Source: Takakia lepidozioides
Lineage: Eukaryota > Plantae > Bryophyta
Reading direction: 5' to 3'
Assembly: GCA_030704615.1 (NCBI GenBank)
Contig: CM060732.1
Coordinates: 58,714,001-58,778,000, forward strand
Length of the DNA stretch: 64,000 nt
Part shown: one piece after another, positions 1 through 11,402 of the stretch
How the letters are laid out: each line of letters begins with the position of its first letter
Position numbering within the stretch: the first letter of the stretch is position 1
Notes under the pieces: model-generated
Databases searched by the model: none
What the model was told of the DNA's origin: nothing
Seen by the model: the letters and a program-made list of their open reading frames with translations, nothing else
Translations under genes and position numbers: made by a program

Positions 1-537
1 ACGTGATGTTCTCCAACTTTCTCACGAAGTATCACCTCGTTAGGATGACATGCTTGAATTCTCCCCTTGTACAAAGCACTTTGTCCATCTCCAAGGAGAA
101 TACACATCTTATTTCTCCAACTGTCTCTACCCATAGCAACATCGTTATTCGGAGACGGCCTTGACATGTCAAATTCAATTTGTTCATTGAATTTTGGATC
201 GGAATCATCCACAGATGTCAATTCGACCTCCGAGAACTGAGGATCCTCATTGTTGGTGTTGGTGTCAGTCCCAGTATCTTTTTGAATTTGCATAACATCC
301 GACAGGTGTTCTGATTGCTTCTCCCAAAGAGTCCACATCCATGTGCGGATATGGCAACGACACAGAAGAATGTGCCGGATCACAAGACACTATAACAACA
401 GATATTGTGGACCCGTTTAGCTGTCATCCGTAGCAACTTCCACAACCAGTCACGTTGAGACATTTTGCTGTTGCGACGATAGAGTTTGAGCCCTGAAGAG
501 TGAGGAAAACTTGTTGACCAGTTTGGAACAACGACAT
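1..537 (-). pseudogene. Degenerate CACTA/En-Spm TnpA-like (Tnp1/Transposase_23-type) coding remnant, running off the left edge of the window
   Basis: Manual minus-strand translation from ATG 537 gives MSLFQTGQQVFLTLQGSNSIVATAKCLNV..G*QLNGSTISVVIVSCDPAHSSVSLPYPHMDVDSLGEAIRTPV. After a frame change it reads ..SWRNKMCILLGDGQSALYKGRIQACHPNEVILREKVGEHH. Both blocks resemble the VAxG..LG..V.V..LPxP..LGEA pattern of CACTA accessory proteins. One stop and one frameshift are present. Family assignment is from memory. Confidence 0.5.
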
Positions 538-3500
538 TTCCACGAACCTCGCGCGATCACGTGTGTATCCTACAGTAGAGATGCTGGTGATTAATGATTT
601 GGCACTATATCGATCGACACTAAGAAAGAGTGAAACAATAAGTTACTGAAGTTTGTTTAGAAAAACTGAGGATGAAGATAAAAAGGAATCTTGCGCGATC
701 GCCCGCGTTTAGGGTTATAATGATTTGGGAATTGAAAATAGAACTCTTACTCTCGGATTATGTACTAGAATGTAGAACGTAGGTCTGTATTGGTTGAAAC
801 AAAAATTTATAGAAAATCAAAGGATCTGCTAAAGCTACGACCCGAATGTACAACATTGTCTACGACTAGAACTATATCGACGGGCGTTCGCGAGTGGTTC
901 AGATGGATGAAATGAAGGACGGATGAATAATGGTAGACGAGTTTTGGATGACAAATAAGAAAATGGATGAATAAATGAAAACATGGATGAACGAAACAGC
1001 TGTAGTGCGAGTGATCATTCGAAGTACATAAAATGGTTGGGTGTAGGTAAGATCTTTGCAGACAGTGGATGGGAACAGAGGAGCAGAGAGACAGAAGAGA
1101 AACCCAGATGAAGTGGAGAGGCTCTCAATATTGACAGGAGTTCAAAGGGAAGAATGAACGTACGACAGACAGTCCCGAAGATCAGCGAGCCAGATCAACT
1201 GAGAGAGAAAAAATGACATGCGTGCACATGGCAGGCTCTTATACGGATTGTCAAACAGTATGAGGTTGACGTGTTCACATTACAGAGGTGCGTTTGGAGT
1301 GTCATGGATCGACAAATTGTCGCCCTTGATATGCTCTTTCGTGTAATCTAGTGGCTATTATGTGACCTCCAGAGCATAAATTCAAGTAGGAGTCTAAAAT
1401 CCTCCGAACATTAAGGGGTCCATAAGTTATTGCGGCCAATGCGAATAACTAACTGATTCGAGATCTGGAATCTGACATCCAAAGCACCAGAGAAGCAGCA
1501 AATCCAATGTTGAATTAATGATGCAAAAGAAGGAATAATCGGCGATGAAAGTGACCGCCTCGCCATTGTGATGAGCCGGCGGCCATCTATGGCAAGGTGA
1601 CATTAAGTAGCCGCAATGAACGTGGGGCTGTAGATGAGGTGTAGGTAGAGAAAACCTGAGACCGATCAAATCCCAGATGCATGTCCCGACACCTCATTAT
1701 TGAACCTATGAATAATATTTTTATCATTGGATGAAATAAGAGCCTACGCGGATGAACCAGACGTATACTGGATGAGATGACTGCCCTAGTGGATGATTCA
1801 ACTCCCCTCATGAATGAGTGCCGTCACGGGAACCCGCAATAATTCCAGGGTGTTCACTTTATGAAGGCGTCGGATTGTCGCGCCGTAACGCTCCTGACAA
1901 ACTAGTGGAAGTCCATTCATTACTGACAGTCATGTCGCATCATTGATTGTACCTGCATAAATTTAGGGATCCTCAGCGAACCGTTGGGACAAACATCCCG
2001 CCTTTCATTCATCCATGCATCACCACAAACCGTCAAATGCGACATAACGCCGACGGTTGAGATCACAGGTGGTAAGGCATATAAGGAGGAGTGACCGAAA
2101 GAAGTCTCCTTTTGCATTCATTTGAGACACGCAGAAGCCCTGTTCAATTTTGGACTCAGGGAAGAAGGGCGAGAGAGAGCGACTGAGCGAGGGAGGCAGA
2201 GAGATGGAGATCAGCGTGAGTTGGAGTGGTGTGGGTTTGAGCAATTCACCATGTGCGGGGGAGTGTGACAGAGAGAAAGGAGGGCAAAACAAGAGAGTAC
2301 GCTATCCCGGAAGCTGTTGTACGCACCCGAGCGAGAGAGCTCATCTAGCCCTGCAGGGAGGATCCTTACCTGAAATGCATCAAGCAGGTAAAATTTTTTC
2401 CCGTCTTCTTCGTGCATGCAATGAGGGATTCTTCCGTGGGCTGCAGAGATTGCAGGAAGGTAGAAGTTGCATGCTTGATTGATTGCCTTGATTGTTTGCT
2501 TGTTTGAGCGAATGATTGCTCGTTTTGATTTTTGGATTGATTCCAGGGTTAAAGAGGTAGGATGGTCGATAAAAGGATTGGGAATTGTGGAAGATTTCAG
2601 GATATGTACGTTTTCCTTGAGGATCCGACTCCGGATTCGAGACATCAGGAATTCCGATTTCATAGGGTTCGTAGGTATAGCTGGCAACTGTTAGGTTTTG
2701 CAGCCTATGGTATAGGCCTTAGTATAGGTACCATGACACAGTCCATTCACGCGTGATCGCGCGTGAACTCATTTTACCATATACAGTTCTGGATACCGAA
2801 CTGTGTTTTTGGCTCGATTTGGTAATCTACATTACTTCCATGATCTGCATTATGTGCCTCTCGAAATAGGGAGTCCTAGTGATTTCATAAGCCGTAGAGA
2901 AACCTCGCGCGATCGCCCGTGTTTATTTCATTGATAGTATTGCAAAACATGATTTAGTTAGGACTTGGAGTGAGGCCAGAACCACCACTTTCAACAAGGG
3001 AATGGTATGAAGAAACATGAGCGATCGAGCGTGCTTCATTCAGTACAAATCGTCACCTACAGGAGCACTAACGAACAGTAGCTAATACCAAACTGTATGG
3101 GGTCGAAGAAATCATTCATTAGTAGGACAATAAACTCAGTGTTTTCAATTTTAAGGATTATGCAATTATTGAACCTTGCGCAATTGCGCAAATTTGACAA
3201 CAGGTTAGCTGACACACTACACACCTCACATTTGTGTTTTGTACAAGCTAAGGTAGTGGTGTAAATACCCGCCATTTGCTTCCTAGAATGACAGGTTGAG
3301 TGCTGATTTATGGGTTGGCATTTACATTATACTAGAAAGCGTGAAGTTGCACTGCCAACTGTCGAGGAAAAATGGCAGATAGGCAGAAGCAAGGCAGACA
3401 ACTCTTACGTGGCTTTCTGGATGGCCTTCATAGCTATGGCACCACTGCGAAGGGCATCCACTGTCTCTGTGGTGGCCTTGGCTCCTTCCAACATTATCAT

Positions 3501-4606
3501 CTGCAGGAAATATAATATTAGGTGGAAACAATCTCAATCTTAGCATCTTGTTTACAATCAGATGATGAATCATAGACCCTGCTTTCCAAGTCCCTGGCAT
3601 AGTCACTACAATCCCATGAATCAGAGACCCTAGTTTTCAGGTCCCTAACCTTTTTAACTAACGATCGCCATTATTGTTAATTTGTCACTTGACAGTTTCT
3701 TATTTTTGCTAATCATGGAATGTGTTTGTTCAATGATGTACTAATCTAGTAGAGACTACAGTAGTTATGTGCACGGTCCCGCATGTCTAGGCCTCATGGC
3801 AGCTTTCGGTTGTGTAAGGGTTTAATTTTTTCCCTTCAAAATTCATAAATAAAATCTTTAGGGTGAATGGAATTGAAATATATTTGGTATCTTATAATAT
3901 AAGTTAACATTCATCATTTGAGATATGAATCATTGAATAGCTTATTGCATGTGTTTGGGAATTATAATTGAATGCCAACTTCCAAGATTAGATTAGTTAT
4001 TTCTTTGAACATACTTGTCAATACACATATTTTTTGGTTATGTTGTGATTAGAATTGAATAATATCTAACTATTATGTACTGGAATGCACATTTGACATT
4101 ATGACAATATTATCATTGCATACTAAGATGTTAACATATGGGTTTGGCATGTCTGATAGATTAAATTGAAATCATCATTAAGAAATTATAATTTTTGGCG
4201 TAAATCTTTATTTCAAATAAAGTGCGAAACAAAGGTACACATTAGAATCGATTGAATTTATAAGTAAATTTTGTTAAATATTTAGCATTTAACGTTTTAA
4301 ATATTAACTTTAAATTTAATCAATTTAATGTTAAATTTAATGTTACATTTTTCAAGCAAAAAAAATGCTATTAATTGCATTATAGTATGCTTCATTATGG
4401 TTGAAAAGACACAGTAAATTTTTTACCAATAATTATAATAAATGAATGTAAATTTTTATTAGTGTACTAAAAGTGAGGGTTTGTCTGGAGTCCCATCCTT
4501 GAGATCAAATGTCCTAGTGGATAATTTCGAAAGAATAAAAAACGTGTTCATATAGAAAGACATAGCACTATATAGATGATATTAATTATTATATATATCA
4601 TACCAG

Positions 4607-4879
4607 CAGTGTTTTTTTTTCTGGGGAAAAGTCACCAGATTTTGACCTGGAAAATGGGTCAGCTACTTGTACAAAGGAATTATTGATGTAAAAGTCAAAA
4701 ATTCGCCAGAAATCGCCAATAGTTGAATATCATGAGCTTGACTTTGTCTACTTTCACCTGTTAAAATGTGCCACCTGTCGTATAGCCACTTTTCTAATCC
4801 TGCCACCTCGTTTATCTCGCCATGTGGGCGTTCTGTTGATGGCCCTTGTGGCGATTTGAAAAATAAAATAAAACCACTG
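4607..4879. mobile_element. hAT-family MITE (273 bp)
   Basis: Termini CAGTGTTTTT ... AAAACCACTG form imperfect TIRs. A perfect 8-bp TSD, CATACCAG, lies at 4599-4606 and 4880-4887. No ORF. Confidence 0.85.
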
Positions 4880-5688
4880 CATACCAGTTATTGTTGTTCT
4901 ATTGCCTACTTAAAAGCACATATCACATCTTGCTATCCATCAAGAAAGAAAAACATAATGATAATGAGCACAGTTGCTCCACAGTTGTCAATTATATTAT
5001 ACTAGATATCATGTTTGAAAGAATTTCCAATGACAACACATCAATTTAATACCACAATCCAAGAAATATTTTCAAAGGTTTTCTTCGACCAAAATGAACA
5101 TGAATTAGAATTCATTTAACGACCCTTTAAAGTGTACTATTTGATGAAGAATAGTCAGTCAATTTCTCAGTATAATCCTAATGTTTGTGCTTAGTGTCAC
5201 AAACACGTTGAGGGGGGTGGCCTGTCTCGTGGTACGAACTTCCATTCTCAGATCTTAACCTACATGTTTTGGGACAAACCTATGAGTCAGTGATATGCAC
5301 GATAAATTTTATGTATTTTCACTTGCTAACAATATCATCAATCATTAGTTCAACTGATGTACCTATCACAGTCTTAGACTTTGATGATTTTAAAATGAAC
5401 GAATTTATGAACTCTTCATTCAACAAATTAGTCAATTGACATATTATTATGTTAAAATATTTGTGATAATCATATTAGAACTCCATGGCAATTAATTATT
5501 ATCAAACCTTCGTGAATCGATGTCATGCAATCAAATGAAACTTCAGAGCTTATCATACAAAGACTGATTTATTTGCTAATTGTTATAATTACTCGTGATA
5601 ATGTATGATATTTTAATCATACAAAAATAGATTAAGAATAATTTTACGCGATATTACCAAGTTGAGGTTCATATTCTGGCCCATAGGT

Positions 5689-6408
5689 TTATAAGGACCA
5701 GGTTAGGTAGTGGGGAAAACATATGTAACTCAAGAGAGAGAATTGCCAAGTCCTTGCATATGATGAGACAAACTCTAACAAATTAGTGATATAACAAATT
5801 GCACCTGAAGCCTTCAACTCTCGTTTCTCTCTTTCTCTCTCGCATTGGATGAGAAAATATTTGTCCTTGGCTAGTTGTTCCAAGGTTGTCAAACCATGTC
5901 CATTTTCATATTTGTCCTTCAAATATAGATTCAAGGTAATCTGCCATTGTTGAGTCTTTATTTCCAAATTTTCTTTCAAACTTTCTAGTGTTTTCCTAAG
6001 ACTTGTGTTGAGGTTTTGGTGGTATAATACGATGTCTTTTGCAAACTCCTCCTCCTTGCTACGTACATCAGAGTCCCAACATGAACCGGAAGCTGCCAAT
6101 CGATCAATGCATTCTTGACTTTGTTTTTGCATTTTAGACAGTTCTTCTACGTGTTCATGATGCTTATGCCTATATCTTTTTATGTGACTTAACAAGCTCT
6201 TATTTTCTTGTCTTAGTTTTTTCTGTACATCAAAACCTCTTTCAATACCTTGAAAGATTAGCTCAGATGCCTCTTTGAGGTTCCACACACATGACTTGAC
6301 TGCAAATTTCAATTCTTTACTAGACATGTTGTCTACTTCTTTTAAAAATTCTTCCCTTAGTTGCTCATCCATCCACGATGGCCTTCCCCTGTTAATTGGA
6401 GTTGTCAT
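5689..6408 (-). CDS. Orphan charged/coiled-coil-like ORF (239 aa), possibly the first exon of a TE-borne gene
   Basis: Long ATG-initiated ORF in very AT-rich DNA, rich in E/K/L with a helical pattern. A possible donor CAG/GTGCAA lies near 5803. No family recognised. Confidence 0.4.
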   Translation of the reverse strand: MTTPINRGRPSWMDEQLREEFLKEVDNMSSKELKFAVKSCVWNLKEASELIFQGIERGFDVQKKLRQENKSLLSHIKRYRHKHHEHVEELSKMQKQSQECIDRLAASGSCWDSDVRSKEEEFAKDIVLYHQNLNTSLRKTLESLKENLEIKTQQWQITLNLYLKDKYENGHGLTTLEQLAKDKYFLIQCEREREKRELKASGAICYITNLLEFVSSYARTWQFSLLSYICFPHYLTWSL

Positions 6409-7986
6409 TGTTAACAGTTACACTGTTTGAAGATAAATTATGAGTATTTAAATGCTAATATGGTTAAAAGGTACTGGTATGCATATCATTAATACGACAC
6501 TATTTACATTGAGACATCTTCCATAAAAATCTCAATCCTGTGACTTCAAATTCAATTTATGTCAATGTACAAGATAATTGACCTTAAGGGTTTCTCTTTC
6601 TTTAAACAATGGGAGTGATTAATGTTAAGGGAAAAAATTTATTTTTATTTCTGAAGTTGAAAGTTATTTTATGACCAAAAAAAACTTTGCTGTTGTTTTT
6701 TATTAATCTCTCTAGGATATGTTAGTTTGGACTATACATACTAATCGACAATATTCTATTTGGTTCGATATTATGATGTTATGTGACATTAATCATTTTT
6801 CACACAACATTTAAGTCAAAGGACTCTTGTCAAAGTTCAATATCTTAAGGTTTTTGTTTTGATGAAGCAGTTTTTTTTGCAAAGGCAAAAGGAATAGACA
6901 CATTACGAAGTCTTTTCATTTTTTCTAAAACAACTAGTCATATTTTGTATCGTTGAATAAAAATTATATCTAATTTTAATATTTGGTAGGTTTGATTTAA
7001 AATTGTGTCTTTTCGTTTTAATGCTTTTGGACCAAATAGAGTGAACAAACATGGACAAAACATTTATTTATGTCAATTTACTTGCATCAAATCTCTCCCA
7101 ATCCAACAGGCAGGAAAGAAATCATTCGTTTGTCTCCCGATAATTTATGTGCATTTGGAGCACTGCAAAAGTGGAGGACGTTATTGCTTGCTCGGTTTTT
7201 GCTACCAGCATCTCTCCCCTTTGAGAACTTGGAAGTGAGCTACCACCGCTCTTTCCTCTTGTCGATTTTTGTGCATTTCCAACCATCTCAGCAGATGTTG
7301 TAAGTCTCCTCTTTGGTTTCTTAACCCCTAAAGGACCACGAGGCCCTACAGTGGCTTCTCTCTGGTCAAACTTAGTTTTCACTTTGAAAACAATATTTTT
7401 TGCATTTGAGTTGATCTAACAAAGTAAAGATAATCAAGTCTAGTCTCTATTCCACTTTACGAGTCATCAAAATTCCAATTATTGAATCTTTTATAGCAAT
7501 ACCAATTCAATGGGCCAAGAACCAATTTGTTCTTCAGCATAGTTTTTCTATTGAATTTCTCAGCTTAAGAACCTTTTTTGACTTTTAAATATATGAAAGT
7601 GTTTTTCATTGTGATTTACACCCAAGGTAAAATTTTGGATAAATTTTGGATACTTATTGTAATTGATATGATTTTTTGAAGACATTAAGCTTAAGAAAAT
7701 CATAATATTTCATTTTCAATGAGACAATTCTGAAAAATTCAAGATCTATAGTAAACATATAGGTTCATCTATGAAAAATATTTAAAAAATATTTTTCTCA
7801 AATTCAAGAGCTACAGATCGAAGTTTGACTATATTGAGAATTGCGTGGTTCTTTAGGGGTAGTGGTCCACCATTATAATGTGAAACACTACATCACATTT
7901 GGGAAAACAAAAGGTGAGGGCCTGTTGAGGTATGAGAGTCAAGATTTTTCGATCCTCTCGTTCTGACATAATAATAATAATAATGA

Positions 7987-8075
7987 TATAGGGCCCACCC
8001 CCCCAAAGGGGGCAGGAGCCTTAAGGCGAAGTGACTCTTAGTTACGCCAACCTCAGCCCGAGTCTTCTCTCTCTC
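7987..8075 (+). mobile_element. 5'-truncated copy of the structured SINE-like family (copy A)
   Basis: GGGCCCACC-CCCCAAAGGG-GGCAGGAGCC-TTAA-GGCGAAGTGACTCTTAGTTACGC...(CT)n is homologous to 53602-53680 and to the reverse complement of 17749-17794. Flanked by TAATAATGA at 7978-7986 and 8076-8084 (TSD). Confidence 0.65.
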
Positions 8076-8778
8076 TAATAATGAGAATACGCTCGTCCCA
8101 TATTCCATTAGTCACCACAATGGTTGCAAAAGAGTTCCAAGCCCCCCAGACTTCGTGGTCATAAGCTATTTGTACAAAAGTAAAGGGACAATTGTTGAAG
8201 ACAGTCCAACCTTGCAAACAAGTTCCAGAATGAACCCAAAAGAAAGAGCTACAAATGGATCATCGTTTCATATAGACAAATAGCAGATCATGTCAAGTGG
8301 GGGCAACGAGTCCATGAATGGAAACATTAGTGTCAAGCTGACCTTTCATTCTGGACAGCATCCCCAAATTGATAGGCTTATTGGAGTCATTCTCCTGGGC
8401 AGCTGCACTGGGCCTCGATTGTGCTTATGGTCTTCTCTCCTTGCCTCTCTCCTCACCTTTCTCTTGGTACCTTTGCCGCAAGCCAACGCCTCCAACCCAC
8501 CCTCAGTTGCCACTTTCACAAACGTGCAGCATCTGGCAGGAAAGAAATCATTCTTGTCTCTCCCAGCCATCTCTGTGCGTTTGGAGCACTGCAAAAGTGG
8601 AGGACAATCGAGCATTTCGCTTGCTCGGTTTCTGCTGTCAGCATCTCTTCCCTTCGAGAACTTGGAAGTGAGCCAATTAAAACCTCAACTTTCAAAGTCG
8701 GGTTTGGAGGAAGACTGTGGCTCAAGAATGTTAGAGTGTCAAGGTTATAGCCCTTGCACGGCACTTTGAGAACATAAC

Positions 8779-8842
8779 GGCGGGTAGCTCAGTGGTAGAG
8801 CACCCCACCGGAATGGGGGAGGTTCAATCCCTAGCCCGACCA
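8779..8842 (+). pseudogene. tRNA-like sequence (tRNA pseudogene or SINE head)
   Basis: A box TAGCTCAGTGG with D stem GCTC/GAGC, anticodon-like stem CCCCA/TGGGG, B box GGTTCAATCC and acceptor-like pairing GGCGGG/CCCGACC-A. The variable loop and 5' T-stem are missing, so it is not a canonical tRNA. Confidence 0.6.
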
Positions 8843-9556
8843 CACGCCAGTGGTTTTCCAACAAAGAATGGGATGCCAAACGCTAACATTGGAATCCATC
8901 GCTGCTGGAAGACGTCTATTCAGTAGTACTCGCGTAGCTGTTGGTAGTAAATCGAGTGAAGCGAGATCGAGGCAGGCACACACGGAGCAACGACCTCCGT
9001 CATCATCGCCTCGAGATCCATTCATATTCTCTTACATCGATTCCTCCTTTCTTCATTCGTCGCTTCGTTCCATCAATGAATGCTTCGCGGCAGGCATAGG
9101 AGTACTCTATATATACACGACTACGTCCGTGTGCTTTCAACACGAATGTACATGATGGGTTATAGGATAGGATGCTTCATCAATCTACTGTGAGCTTCCT
9201 CTCAGATACCAAGCCTGGAAGACATGGGTTCGGGTGTCTGTGATCGAGAAAGGCAAGAACGAGCTAGCTGTGTCACCGTGACGTCTTGTCCTGAGAAATT
9301 GTTCAGTTAGGCCTTGCCGTCAAAGAGAGAAGCCCTAGGCTGATCTTGAGGAGTTTGCAGAAGAGGAGCTTGAGAGCTTGGAAAAACTAGCTACCCATGC
9401 TTGTATTCCAGGACTGGAGCTACCCCCATCTGAGGTCGGTGCATAGGCACAGATCTGCATACACAAGGCCGCATCTGGGTACCCTGGAATATATAGGCAG
9501 AGACAATAGTGGAACCTGAATTTTCCCCTTGTACTGAGGGAGACCAACTTGAGAAT

Positions 9557-11191
9557 CTATAGTCTGTAGATAACTACAAAACAGGGGAGCACTGCCCTAG
9601 AATCAAAGACTAGAAGCTCATCCAGGCTTGCAGCTGGTCCTACTTCTCCTGCTATGGAGTCAAATCCAGGTGACAATGATAATGAATCATTCAAATAGAC
9701 ACCATGATTCCCATAAGATTTTTGTGTACGCCCTGCGATAACTCTACACACAAGGATTGCATGTTTCTTCCTCAAATTATCTATTCCCACAGTCGGGAGG
9801 GCCGTCTCGTGAGCTTTTCCGCTGGTGGCTGTGGTATAGATCCCCTTGTCTTCCTCCACAGTGAATCCCGAGCGGAGGATATAGCATACGTTGCAGGTAG
9901 CTCTATCACAGATGTTTGACGAGCCATGTAGTCCCAACGAGCACGCGAGGGCGGTACCATGAAACCTCAATAACTCATTACCGTCCACCAGGCAACGCAG
10001 ATGCTTCTTGTCTTCCCTGCTCACACGCCTTTTCACAGTCTCACGATACTCCTCAAATCTCGCTATGGTTCTTTCAGTATTGTCGATCTTAAGTATTCTG
10101 TCTATCTTGCCACACGGAAGTTTCTTGTTCATCCAGCTGCTGCGGAATATGATCTCAACCACAGTGAGTGACGAGTCTTCTTTCCGCAACTCCAACACTG
10201 CAAACAGCCTCCCCTTGGTCAGCTCTGGATATCTTCGATACTTAAGCCCGGACCCTCAAAGCAACTTCTACGCAGCAGGTCCACATAGGTGCACAACTAT
10301 AATTTCCGTGCCCTGCATGAAGTAGCCAACTGCTAGAAATCAAGAATTCGTTATTCAGGATTGCATCCTCAGCTTGATATCTCATGAAGATGAGACAGTG
10401 GTACCAGTTCCACGGCTACAGATCTCGAATTCGTAAGCACTACAGCATCCACGCTGTCTGAGTACTGGCCATGGCTATATACGTTCGAAGCCATATGTAT
10501 GCTTGTCTGCATTGACTGTCATTCCTAAGGATTGTCTACGTCTGATTTCTTACTCACCTGCATGGCGCACTGTTTGATGGAGTTCAAGAGCTTCAATTTT
10601 GTGGAAGGATTCCCCGCATTTTTGGCATATGCACTTGGAAGAAATGCAAGTATTATGGTGGACAATTGAGTCTCTAGAACCGAACATGGAATCAAATGCC
10701 TCGAATGTCATACAATCGTAACATCCTGAGAACCTTCCCAAAGGAGTTCCTTTGAAAACGTATTGTAAGTGTGCTGATGCATTTGCAGCTCCTGACAGGA
10801 TCCCATTTCGTCCAGGTAACGCTTGTTTATCCCCGTCCTTGCCACCCCCTAACTTTGCCTCCGCGGACTTAACAGGGACTTGGTTGCCCAGACCTTCGAC
10901 AGATTGGTTCTGGTGGTCTCCGCTCTGGGAGCTGTTGCAAGAAGACGCTTGTTTGCCCACTAGTTTAGTGTTGTGACAGTCATGGATCACATCCTTTAGA
11001 TTGGCTATGGACTTGGAGCAACCCCCACACCTGTGACGTGCTCTCTGGAACCATGTTATGCCGTATCTGGTGCTACTCAATGTCGTTAGTGGCAAAGTTG
11101 AGAAGGAGCCAGTTTGTGGCTCAACCACATGCTGCGCATCTGACTTGCCAGCAGACAGGGATTTCGCCCATGTGAACCAGGGCGCAGGCAT
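9557..11191 (-). CDS. C2H2 zinc-finger protein with C-terminal PARP-like/ADP-ribosyltransferase fold (plant At4g27240/At5g54630-like family), about 424 aa
   Basis: Two exons, 11191-10558 and 10197-9557, with a GT-AG phase-1 intron joining RHA-V-LEL. Motifs: CQKCGESF..LELHQTVRH, DSS..VEIIF, RCLVDGNELLRFHGT, CRVIAGR, DELLVFDSRAVLPCFVVIY. Confidence 0.9.
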
Positions 11192-11363
11192 CTTTCAGGG
11201 CACTTCCCTCTCTTAATCACTGCTCCAAATATACTCGCCATGGATCTACTGATCTCACCTTGCTAAGCATCAAGAATCTCGAGTCCATCTGCTCATACTG
11301 CTCAAGAAGTTCCAGCAACAGTAGTCGAGCGGTCTTGCAAAAAGTCGATGCCAGGAGGGGGAC

Positions 11364-11367
<4 letters not shown>

Positions 11368-11400
<33 letters not shown>
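11368..11400. repeat. (GA)n microsatellite (CT tract in the 5' region of the minus-strand zinc-finger gene)
   Basis: About 16 perfect GA units. Confidence 0.95.

Positions 11401-11402
<2 letters not shown>

Noticed and set aside
1000-1007. CACTA terminal repeat (CTGTAGTG; also CACTACAA at 3604)
   Set aside because: No matching partner end or 3-bp TSD can be verified in the window.
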